Assembly (NCBI GenBank): GCA_026987375.1
Contig: JALSMT010000081.1
Span: 17,065 to 81,064 of the forward strand
Source of the DNA: Thermaceae bacterium
GTDB lineage: Bacteria > Deinococcota > Deinococci > Deinococcales > Marinithermaceae
DNA length: 64,000 nucleotides
Direction of reading: 5' to 3'
Position numbers and translations under genes: made by a program. Shown here piece after piece: positions 24,366-32,506 of this stretch. The notes below the pieces were generated by a model, which saw only the letters and a list, made by a program, of their open reading frames with translations, made no database searches and had not been told where the DNA came from. The number at the start of each line of letters is the position of its first letter. The first letter of the stretch is position 1.

Positions 24366-25924
24366 AAGGCGGCCGCATCCACCCTTTCCAAGAGCTCCAG
24401 CGACCGCAACTGCTCCATTATGTCGTCGGGCGGCTGCTGGTCTACCGCCAAGACAAAGAGGGCTCTGCCGCCGGGCGCGTCCCTGCCGAGCTGCAAGCCC
24501 GCTATATTTATGCCCGCCTTGCCGAGCATGGTCCCAACCTCGCCCACTACTCCGGGGCGGTCGCGATTGACGCAGACCAAAACGTGACCTTGCGGCACGA
24601 GCTCGAGGTTGTATTCGTCAATGGCCACTATCCTGGCTCTGCCCCCCAAGACCGCGCCTGTCACCGAGCGAATTTCTTCGTCGCTTTGCAAACTAACCTG
24701 CAAAGCCTGGGTGTAGCCGCGGGCGTCTTCTTCTTTACGGCTCGCAAGGGCTATCCCCCGCTCTTGCATACGCGGCCTCGCGGAAACGTAATTGACGGGC
24801 TGATCCAGCACCGGTTCTATGACCCCCTTGGCCACGGCTGCGTAGAGAGGCTCCGGGTCCGCTGCGAAGTTGCCTAAAACTGATACCTCAATCTTTTGCA
24901 GCCTGCCCCGCGTTATCTGCGTCAGCAGCCTACCCATGGCCTCCGCCAGCGGCAGCCAGTCTTTGAATACCCGAAAAGACTCGGGCTCGAAACCGGCGTT
25001 TATGGCGTAGGCGTAATTGCCGCCGAGGGCTTCGTAAACCCTATTGACGATCCCGCTGCCGACGCGCTGCTGCGCTTCTATGGTGTTTGCTCCCAAGTGT
25101 GCGGTGTGTACTACTCTTTCGTGCGTTATCAGAGGGTTGTCCTGCGCCGGCGGCTCGCTGGCGTAAACGTCTAGGCCGGCGGCAAAGATATGCCCTTCGT
25201 CGAGGGCCTGTAATAGTGCTTCCTCGTCTATTATGCCGCCCCGGGCGGCGTTTATGACTATTGCCTGCTGCGGCAGCATGTAGAGCTGCCGCCTGCCTAT
25301 CATGCCGCGCGTTTCGTCATTTAGCGGGGTGTGAACGGTGAGATAATTAACCCTTGGCAGCATGTCTTCCAGGCTGTCCAGCAAAGTTACGCCAAGCTTC
25401 TCGGCGCGCGAAGCGTTTATGTAGGGGTCGTATGCCAGCACCTCCATGCCGAAGGCTTTGGCGAACTGCGATACTTGACCACCGATGCGCCCCAGGCCGA
25501 CTATTCCCAGGCGTTTGTCCAGCAGCTCAAAACCAAGTCTCTTGCGATTCCAGACGCCCGATCTCACCTCGCAGTCTGAACTCGCCAGATTACGCGTCGC
25601 CGCCAGCATCAGCGCAAAGGCCAGCTCGGCGGCGCTGCGAGTGTTGGCTTCTGGCACGTTGAGTACCAAAATCCCCAAGCGCGACGCCTCTTCCAGATCG
25701 ATGTTGTCTACGCCTACGCCGCCTCTGCCGATGACTTTTAGGTTTTTTGCGTAACTTAACAGCTCCTTGTCAACTTTGGTGCGACTTCGCGTTATCAGAG
25801 CGTCGTACTGGGCTATTATCTTGAATATTTCTTCACGCTCGAGCCCTGGCTTGTAATCTATCTCTAACCCCTGGTAGCTCTTGTCTTGCAACTTCATCTG
25901 GTCGGTTACTAGTGCGCGCCACAT
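24362..25924 (-). CDS. serA: D-3-phosphoglycerate dehydrogenase (long form with ASB and ACT domains)
   Basis: GIVGLGRIGGQV NAD motif, HLGANT catalytic His block, and a C-terminal ACT domain (PGVVGEVGTMLGKAGINI). Confidence 0.95.
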   Translation of the reverse strand: MWRALVTDQMKLQDKSYQGLEIDYKPGLEREEIFKIIAQYDALITRSRTKVDKELLSYAKNLKVIGRGGVGVDNIDLEEASRLGILVLNVPEANTRSAAELAFALMLAATRNLASSDCEVRSGVWNRKRLGFELLDKRLGIVGLGRIGGQVSQFAKAFGMEVLAYDPYINASRAEKLGVTLLDSLEDMLPRVNYLTVHTPLNDETRGMIGRRQLYMLPQQAIVINAARGGIIDEEALLQALDEGHIFAAGLDVYASEPPAQDNPLITHERVVHTAHLGANTIEAQQRVGSGIVNRVYEALGGNYAYAINAGFEPESFRVFKDWLPLAEAMGRLLTQITRGRLQKIEVSVLGNFAADPEPLYAAVAKGVIEPVLDQPVNYVSARPRMQERGIALASRKEEDARGYTQALQVSLQSDEEIRSVTGAVLGGRARIVAIDEYNLELVPQGHVLVCVNRDRPGVVGEVGTMLGKAGINIAGLQLGRDAPGGRALFVLAVDQQPPDDIMEQLRSLELLERVDAAAL

Positions 25925-26065
25925 TATGCAAGAAGACTAACACCGATGAATATTACATACAAGTAACTCCGACCTCAGTCTTATACCGGGTCTAGCGGAG
26001 CTAGCGTCTGCGACGGTATGCTGCGGTAAGGTTAACTTTTACCTAAGTCCTATCGGAGGTTAGAT

Positions 26066-26908
26066 ATGCAAACAGCCCTGGTAACCGATTCCACCAGCGA
26101 CCTGCCCCCGCAAATCAAAGACGAGCTGGGTATTCGCATAGTGCCCCTATACGTCCACTTCGACAACAATACCTACAAAGACTGGTTCGAAATAAAACCC
26201 GCTGACCTCTTTAGCGGCATCGCCAAGGGCGCCGAGATGCCCACCACCAGCCAGCCGTCGCCGCAAGACTTCGAAAACGCCTTCGCCGAGGCTCTCAGCG
26301 ACGGCGCGGATCAGGTATTGTGCGTTACCATCTCCTCCAAACTCTCCGGCACCTATCAGTCTGCGGTAATAGCCGCAGAGAAGTTTCCCGGCAAGGTTAC
26401 GGTCTTCGACTCGCTGGCCGCTTCCGCCGGCATAGGCATGATGGTCTTGCGCGCCCACGAGCTGCTCTCCAATGGGGCAGAGCTCGAGTCCGTATTAACG
26501 GAGCTAGAAAGGATACGCGACGACCACATCGTCCGTTTTTTGGTGGCCACTCTCGACTACCTGCGAAAGAACGGCCGCATCGGCGGGGCGCAGGCGCTGA
26601 TAGGCAACCTGCTAAACATCAAGCCTATCCTTACTGTGAATAACGGCGTTGTAGACGCCGCCGGCCGCGCCCGCGGCGAAAAGCGTGCGTTGAAGGAGAT
26701 GTTGAAAACTTTCAAAAACTGGGCCGCCGGCCGCCGGCGAGTGCGCGTTTTCTTGCTTTATACCGGCGATGAGAACGCCGTTTCGGCGCTCAGAGAAGCA
26801 ATAGGCGTCGCCGCTAATGTCGAGATCGTTTACACCACCGAGATCGGCGCCGTAATAGCTTCTCACACCGGCCCGGGAGTATACGGCTACTACGCCTACA
26901 GCCTTTAG
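26066..26908 (+). CDS. DegV-family fatty-acid-binding protein
   Basis: [12 protein letters not shown]-terminus, TSQPSP motif, [13 protein letters not shown]-terminus. Confidence 0.9.
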   Translation: MQTALVTDSTSDLPPQIKDELGIRIVPLYVHFDNNTYKDWFEIKPADLFSGIAKGAEMPTTSQPSPQDFENAFAEALSDGADQVLCVTISSKLSGTYQSAVIAAEKFPGKVTVFDSLAASAGIGMMVLRAHELLSNGAELESVLTELERIRDDHIVRFLVATLDYLRKNGRIGGAQALIGNLLNIKPILTVNNGVVDAAGRARGEKRALKEMLKTFKNWAAGRRRVRVFLLYTGDENAVSALREAIGVAANVEIVYTTEIGAVIASHTGPGVYGYYAYSL

Positions 26909-26910
26909 CC

Positions 26911-27375
26911 ATGCGCGCTCTAGTACAACGCGTCAGCGGCGCCAGGGTCGAGGTTGACGGCGAAATAGTAGGCGGCATCGCACGCGGGCTTTTAGTATTT
27001 TTCGCCGCCTCTCGTAAGGACTCCGCGCCGGATATGGACTATCTGGTGCGCAAAATAGTCAACCTGCGGATTTTCAACGACGAAAACGGCAAGATGAATC
27101 TCAATCTTGGCCAGGTGTCCGGACAGGTGCTAGTCGTCAGTCAGTTCACCCTATACGCCGAAACCCGCAAAGGCAACCGTCCCTCATTCACCCAGGCGGC
27201 GCCGCCGCACGAAGGCAGGGACTGGTACGAACGCTTCATTGCGGCCATAGGCAGTATGGGTTATCACGTGGAAACTGGCGTTTTCGGCGCCGATATGCGA
27301 GTACACCTCGTCAACGACGGCCCCGTCACGATCTGGCTAGATAGTAACGATCGCACCCTCAGCCGCCGCCGCTGA
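26911..27375 (+). CDS. dtd: D-aminoacyl-tRNA deacylase
   Basis: MRALVQRV start, SQFTLYA and NDGPVT motifs. Confidence 0.95.
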   Translation: MRALVQRVSGARVEVDGEIVGGIARGLLVFFAASRKDSAPDMDYLVRKIVNLRIFNDENGKMNLNLGQVSGQVLVVSQFTLYAETRKGNRPSFTQAAPPHEGRDWYERFIAAIGSMGYHVETGVFGADMRVHLVNDGPVTIWLDSNDRTLSRRR

Positions 27376-27725
27376 GACTGGCCTCTCATTAGATGAGCAA
27401 TGGCCCGTCCATACGCTTCGACCAAGAATAGTAGTTAGAAAATCGCTTTTTCCGGCTACGTATTTTTCTCGGCATGCCGGCCGCAGTCAGCGCTTCCGCG
27501 CAAACGGCGCTCGCCGCACTCTCTCTTTTTTAAATGAGTGGTCCCCTGTTGCCGCTCTTTAGGCGGGCGCGCCCTGGGCTTGCGAAGCGACGGCAATTTT
27601 AGAGCAAAATTTACAGCGCGACAATTACAATCAGCGGCGCTCTGACGAATGCAGATTTCTGTAAATAGCTTTCTAATTGGCCTCTCCTTTGCGCCGCTAG
27701 CTAGCGCGGCGTGGGTTGTCTTAAC

Positions 27726-27755
27726 TTGCAATGACCGCCTTTGTATATGTATACT
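27726..27755 (+). promoter_or_regulatory. metF promoter (TTGCAA-18-TATACT)
   Basis: -35 at 27726-27731 and -10 at 27750-27755, about 30 nt upstream of the riboswitch P1 stem. Confidence 0.5.
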
Positions 27756-27783
27756 GCCTATTCAGTACGGTTTGCGTACTGAT

Positions 27784-27917
27784 CCTCATCTCGAGCGGCG
27801 GAGGGAACTGGCCCTACGAAACCGCGGCAACCAGTGCGACCGCACCAGGTGCCAAAGCCAGCCCAAAAAGGGAGCGATGGGGAGGAGCTCAGCCTCCTCC
27901 TCCATGGAGGACGGCTG
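27784..27917 (+). promoter_or_regulatory. SAM-I (S-box) riboswitch with translational expression platform
   Basis: CCTCATC..GCGGCGGAGGGAACTGGCCCTACGAAACCGCGGCAACC..GGTGCCAAAGCC..GATGGGG matches the S-box core. P1 pairs 27784-90 with 27876-82. It is followed by hairpin GGAGGAG-N6-CTCCTCC and the SD GGAGGA at 27906-11. Confidence 0.85.
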
Positions 27918-28787
27918 ATGATGCGACTTATAGACAAGCTAACTAAATCTTTCGTGCTTACCGCCGAGGTGGACCCGCCCCGCGGCGCCGACCCCGGGCC
28001 CACCCTCAAGCAAGCGCTTTTGCTGCGCGGCTACGTAGACGCCGTCAACGTCTCCGACGCGCCGATGGCCAACCTGCGCATGAACAGCTTCATGCTGGCG
28101 CACCTGATTCAGCACCACACCGGCGTAGAGGCGATCCCGCACCTGACCGCCCGCGACCGCAACGTCCTCGCGCTGCAGGCCGACCTGCTGGGCGCCTGGG
28201 CGCTCGGCGTCAAGAACGTGCTGGTGCTGGGGGGCGACCCGCCCGAGCGCGGCGACCATCCGCGGGCGAAGCCCGTCTACGAGTTCGGCGCCGTCGGCCT
28301 GGTGCAGACCGTGAGCCGCTTGAACCGCGGGGAGAACCTTGCCGGCGGCGCGCTCGAGGGCGCGCCCGACCTCACCGCCGGTGTCGCGGTCAACCCTGGT
28401 GCGCCCGACCTGGCGGCGGAGGCGGAAAAGTTCTGGGCCAAGGTCGAGGCCGGGGCCCGCTTTGCCCAGACGCAGCCCGTTTTTTGCCCGGAAACCGCCG
28501 CAGCCTTTCTGGATGCGCTCGGCGGACGCAGCCCTGTACCTCTGCTCTGGGGGGTTTTGCCGCTCAGATCGGCGAAGATGGCCCGCAACGTGGCCCGCTG
28601 GACGCGCGTGCCCGAGGCGCTGGTGGCCGACCTGGAACGGGAGGGCCGGGAGGCGGGCATGCGTGCGGCGCAGGGCGTGCTGCGCGAGCTGCACGCCGCC
28701 GGCATGGACGGCGCCCACCTCTACCCTCTGGGACAGGTGGAGCTGCTCAAGGAAATGCTGAAACCCCTCGGCGCCCGGCTGGGGTAG
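27918..28787 (+). CDS. metF: 5,10-methylenetetrahydrofolate reductase (short ~290-aa type)
   Basis: EVDPPRG, DAVNVSD and VLVLGGDPP blocks. The start was set at ATG 27918 after the riboswitch (track ORF begins at 27834, inside the aptamer). Confidence 0.9.
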   Translation: MMRLIDKLTKSFVLTAEVDPPRGADPGPTLKQALLLRGYVDAVNVSDAPMANLRMNSFMLAHLIQHHTGVEAIPHLTARDRNVLALQADLLGAWALGVKNVLVLGGDPPERGDHPRAKPVYEFGAVGLVQTVSRLNRGENLAGGALEGAPDLTAGVAVNPGAPDLAAEAEKFWAKVEAGARFAQTQPVFCPETAAAFLDALGGRSPVPLLWGVLPLRSAKMARNVARWTRVPEALVADLEREGREAGMRAAQGVLRELHAAGMDGAHLYPLGQVELLKEMLKPLGARLG

Positions 28788-28797
28788 CCCCTATAAA

Positions 28798-28826
28798 AAC
28801 TCCGCAGGGCTCCGCCCTGCGGAGTT
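28798..28826. terminator. bidirectional terminator between convergent metF and por operon
   Basis: 12-bp stem AACTCCGCAGGG / CCCTGCGGAGTT with a 5-nt loop. An A-run lies upstream (a U-run on the minus strand). Confidence 0.7.
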
Positions 28827-28839
28827 CGCTTGTCGAGGA

Positions 28840-30477
28840 CTAGTCGCCCGCGGCCTTTTGCTTCTTCTTGTCGAGTACCCCCGCCAGCTCTTGCAGGCGG
28901 CGCCAGTTCTTGAGGCGCTCTTCTTTGACCGCCAGCATTACTTCGTCGGGGTTGCCGTCCTTGTCGAAATGTTTGGCGAAGCGCTGCTCCGTGCGAGCAA
29001 AGTCTATGAAAGTCAGGGGTTCGCCGGTCTTGGGGTCTTTGTAGTAGTCGTCGTAAATGGCCGGGTTCATCTTGAGGTCTATGCGTTCGGAGAGGCGCTG
29101 CCCCTTGCGCGGGTCGTGCACGAAGACCGGGAAGGTGCGGCTGTCTACGGCCAGGCGGGCTTGGTGCGCCGAGGCGTTATCGGCTACGCCGTGCTCCGGC
29201 TGACAGGTGGTGTAAACGATTAGCACCGATGGGCCCTCGTACTCGTTGGCCGCGAAGACCGCCTTGTAGAAGTGGTTGAAGTGCGCCGCGGTCGTCTGCG
29301 CCACGAAAACGTCGGGGTGCATCATCAAGATTTCGGCGATCTCCTTGCGGTGCTCCGTCTTGCCTTTCAGCTTCTTGCCAAAGGCGGACATCTTGGTTTC
29401 CTGCCCCATGTAGGTGCTCGTCGAGGCCTGGCCGCCGGTGTTTGAGTAAACCTGGGTATCAAGCACGATTACGTTGATGTCCATACCCGAGGCGAGCATG
29501 CGGCTGAGGGCCTGGAAGCCAATGTCGTACATGGCGCCGTCGCCGCCGACGACCCATAGCTTCTTGTCTTGCCAGCCCATCTGGTCCCAGCGCATACGAA
29601 TGCCCATGGCGTCGGTGGCGGCATTTTCGAAGAGTGAATTTGTCCATGGCACCAAGAAGGGATTGTAAGGGTAGGTTGAGCTGTAAACCGAATTACAGCC
29701 CGTGGCGGCGACAATACCCCACTGGTCATCGTAAGCGAAAGCATTGGCCGCAGAGAGCATGCGCAATGCCGTGGCCTCTCCGCAACCGGCGCAACTGCCC
29801 GCTCCGCCTACGAAAAGGTGTGTTTTGTCAGTGAGCATCAAGTCTATTGGCGTGCGCTCGTTGATGTACTCACGAGGGGTGTCCGGCAACTGCCTGAAGA
29901 AGTCGAATTCCTCTTTGTAGTTGGGGACTATCTCGTTTTCCTTGAATATCATTTCTAGCGCGTCGTCGTTACAGACGGCCACGCACTCGCCGCAACCTTT
30001 ACACTTGGTGGGGTCGACGAAGATGGAAAATAGCGCCGGTTCCTTGCCCTTCTTCTGCGGTAGGTCATAGTACTTGCGCGTCTTGGCGAAGTGGGCGCGC
30101 ATACGCTCGCGCGTCTCGGGGTCGGAGATCTTCGCCAGTTCCTCTTCTACCGCCGATTCGGGTATCGCTTTGCCTAGAATGGCGGTATCGGGGCACTCCG
30201 TCACGCACTCCATGCAGCCGGTGCAATTGGAAGAAATGTAGGCCGGGATATCGGGGGCGATGTAGGAAAAGTCGCGATATGAACCGGTTCCCGGGGCGAT
30301 GTGGGAACGCGCCAGGAGTTCGTCGGCGGGCATTTCCATGTCGGCGCGGCCCGCAGCGTAGGCGTCTACCACCGACTTGAAGTCTTTGTTGAACTCTGGA
30401 ATGTTGACGGGCTCCGGCTCGGGCAGAATGTCCAGCTCGAGCTCGAGCTCGCCCATTACTAGTTTCTTGTCTTTCAT
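28840..30477 (-). CDS. pyruvate/2-oxoacid:ferredoxin oxidoreductase, ferredoxin-domain + TPP-binding (beta) subunit
   Basis: Two 4Fe-4S motifs (CTGCMECVTECP and CKGCGECVAVCN) followed by the TPP motif GGDGAMYDIGFQAL. Confidence 0.88.
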   Translation of the reverse strand: MKDKKLVMGELELELDILPEPEPVNIPEFNKDFKSVVDAYAAGRADMEMPADELLARSHIAPGTGSYRDFSYIAPDIPAYISSNCTGCMECVTECPDTAILGKAIPESAVEEELAKISDPETRERMRAHFAKTRKYYDLPQKKGKEPALFSIFVDPTKCKGCGECVAVCNDDALEMIFKENEIVPNYKEEFDFFRQLPDTPREYINERTPIDLMLTDKTHLFVGGAGSCAGCGEATALRMLSAANAFAYDDQWGIVAATGCNSVYSSTYPYNPFLVPWTNSLFENAATDAMGIRMRWDQMGWQDKKLWVVGGDGAMYDIGFQALSRMLASGMDINVIVLDTQVYSNTGGQASTSTYMGQETKMSAFGKKLKGKTEHRKEIAEILMMHPDVFVAQTTAAHFNHFYKAVFAANEYEGPSVLIVYTTCQPEHGVADNASAHQARLAVDSRTFPVFVHDPRKGQRLSERIDLKMNPAIYDDYYKDPKTGEPLTFIDFARTEQRFAKHFDKDGNPDEVMLAVKEERLKNWRRLQELAGVLDKKKQKAAGD

Positions 30478-32420
30478 GCGCCCACCTCCTCTGGTTCGGT
30501 GGCGATCACTTCTTGAGGAAGCTCGATGATCTCCTTATAACCGCGCTGGATGGCGGTCATGTTGTCCTTGACCACTTGTTCACCGCGCTTGCCGAAGTAC
30601 TTGCGGATGATCTTTTCGACGCGCTCCCATAATTCATCTTCGCTCATTTTTAGTCGCGTGACGAAGGGGGCTACGCGCATGTAGACGCCCAGCAGGACTA
30701 TCCCCTGCATCCTCATTACCAGATCCTCGCGCGAAGAAACATCGCGGGCAATCGCCACGGTGTCTATGGCGTACACCTTGTACTTATTTTCTCGTATGAT
30801 TTGCCTTGCCTCAGCGGGCACGGACGCCCAGATGTCACGCGGGTCTTTTTCGACCGATTGCATCCAGACGACGCCTCCTTCCACCAGTCCCTTGAAGGGG
30901 TTGGTGTAGTGCAAGGCGTTTGGATCGTTGACGGCGATCATCTCGACGGTCTTGAGCTCGCTGCGTACGCGCACCGGCTCTTCGGCCACCGTCAGGTAGT
31001 AATTGGTGGGCAGGCCCTTCTTCTCGGAGCCATACTTGGGGAAGGCTTGTACGTAAAGCCCGAAGAGGTCCGCGGTGGTCGAGGCGATAACCTTGTTGGT
31101 GGTTACCGAGCCGTAGCCGCCCACCGAGTAACCGCGCATACGGAAAGTGCCCTTGGCGGTAATGTCGGCCTCTTCTTTGGGCTCGAGCGCCAATGGGTGT
31201 TTTATGTTGACCACGAAAAAGCGCTTGCCTTGCGCGGCGCTCATGTTGTCGAAGACCGCGATGATGTCCGCCGGACGGATGTCGCGACCGCCCAAGCCGG
31301 CGGCGCCGGCGTATATTCTTGGCATACGTTCTATTTTCGGGAAACCCGGGTACTCGTCCAAGGCGTCGGCGAACGCCGCCTTGATGTCGCGCGTCAGGGG
31401 GTTGTTGCCCGCCAGGGGCTCGTCGGTGCGCTCGAGAACGGCGAAAGCCTTGAGGTGCGCAAGCTTTTCCACTATCCGCGCCGCCGGGAAGGGTCGGTAA
31501 GAAGTCACCTTGAGAGCTCCCGCTTTAACGCCGCGCGCCCGCAGCTCGTCTACGGTCGCCTCAATCGTGGTGGTCATCGTCCCCGCCGCCACTATCGCGT
31601 ATTCGGCGTCTTCCAGGCGGTAACCCATGACGAAGTCGTACTTGCGGCCCGTCAGACGCGTCATCTCGGCAAAAGCGCGCTCCAGAGCCGGCACCACCTG
31701 CGCGTAAAACAGCCTTTGCGCTATGCGCCCCTTCATGTAGGCGTCTTGGTTTTCAACGGGGCCGGTAAGCACGGGATTGCTGGGATCGAAGTAGTTAATC
31801 AGCTTGTCCTTGGGGTCGCCCACGAACTCCTTCATCAGCTCCGGTTCGGGCAGGTTGAAGTTCTCTACCGTGTGCGTGCTCAAAAAACCGTCCTGTACTA
31901 CCATGAACGGCGTATGGCTGTCCTCGGCGGCGCGCCTGGCGATGAGCGCCAGATCGGCGATCTCTTGCGCCGTGGCGGCAAAGACGATCCCCCAGCCGGT
32001 GTCGGCGACCGCGTAGACGTCGTCGTGCCCGGCGTGGATGTTGAGCGCTTGACTGGTCAGCGCCCTGGCGCCAATGTGAAATACGGCCGGCAGGCGCTTG
32101 CCCGAGATGACGTGCAGAACTTCTTTCTGCAAGACCAACCCCTGCGAAGCGGTGAACGAAGAAACGCGTCCCCCCGCCAGCGCAAAGCCCTCTGAGGCGG
32201 ATCCCGCCGAGTGCTCCGACTCTGGCTCCAAAAACCTTAGCTCTTCCCCCCAAAGATTTGTCCGCCCGTTGGCGACGGCGACTTGGTAGCCGTATCCCAT
32301 GTTGGTAGACGGGGTTATGGGGTACGCAACGCCCGCCTGTGAAACGTGGGTCTCTACCCAGACGGCGGCTTCTGAACCATCGCCGGTCGTGGGGATACCG
32401 GGGTATTTTACGTTATCCAT
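30474..32420 (-). CDS. pyruvate/2-oxoacid:ferredoxin oxidoreductase, alpha+gamma fused subunit
   Basis: YPITPST pyrimidine-binding domain block and a C-terminal gamma-like domain. Start chosen at Met14 (AGGAGGG SD). Stop overlaps the beta start (ATGA). Confidence 0.88.
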   Translation of the reverse strand: MDNVKYPGIPTTGDGSEAAVWVETHVSQAGVAYPITPSTNMGYGYQVAVANGRTNLWGEELRFLEPESEHSAGSASEGFALAGGRVSSFTASQGLVLQKEVLHVISGKRLPAVFHIGARALTSQALNIHAGHDDVYAVADTGWGIVFAATAQEIADLALIARRAAEDSHTPFMVVQDGFLSTHTVENFNLPEPELMKEFVGDPKDKLINYFDPSNPVLTGPVENQDAYMKGRIAQRLFYAQVVPALERAFAEMTRLTGRKYDFVMGYRLEDAEYAIVAAGTMTTTIEATVDELRARGVKAGALKVTSYRPFPAARIVEKLAHLKAFAVLERTDEPLAGNNPLTRDIKAAFADALDEYPGFPKIERMPRIYAGAAGLGGRDIRPADIIAVFDNMSAAQGKRFFVVNIKHPLALEPKEEADITAKGTFRMRGYSVGGYGSVTTNKVIASTTADLFGLYVQAFPKYGSEKKGLPTNYYLTVAEEPVRVRSELKTVEMIAVNDPNALHYTNPFKGLVEGGVVWMQSVEKDPRDIWASVPAEARQIIRENKYKVYAIDTVAIARDVSSREDLVMRMQGIVLLGVYMRVAPFVTRLKMSEDELWERVEKIIRKYFGKRGEQVVKDNMTAIQRGYKEIIELPQEVIATEPEEVGA

Positions 32421-32506
32421 GTGCCCTCCTTTTTCGGCACTCTTCGCCGAGAAAACCATACTTACACTACACCGCCAGGTTTATTAGCGCCAGGACATGC
32501 GTCCAT

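Noticed and set aside
27456-27731. 91-aa minus-strand ORF in the dtd-metF spacer.
   Set aside because: It has a TTG start, extreme Arg/Lys content and no homology-like motifs. It overlaps the metF -35 box. It is unlikely to be coding, although not excluded.
30801-32195. 464-aa plus-strand ORF antisense to the por alpha gene. Similar long antisense ORFs occur at 27939-28718, 42747-43439, 57427-58248, 59290-60075 and 60192-60686.
   Set aside because: Each lies fully inside a gene with strong homology on the other strand. They have Arg/Gly/His/Val-rich low-complexity composition and no SD or promoter. These are typical shadow ORFs of GC-rich coding DNA.
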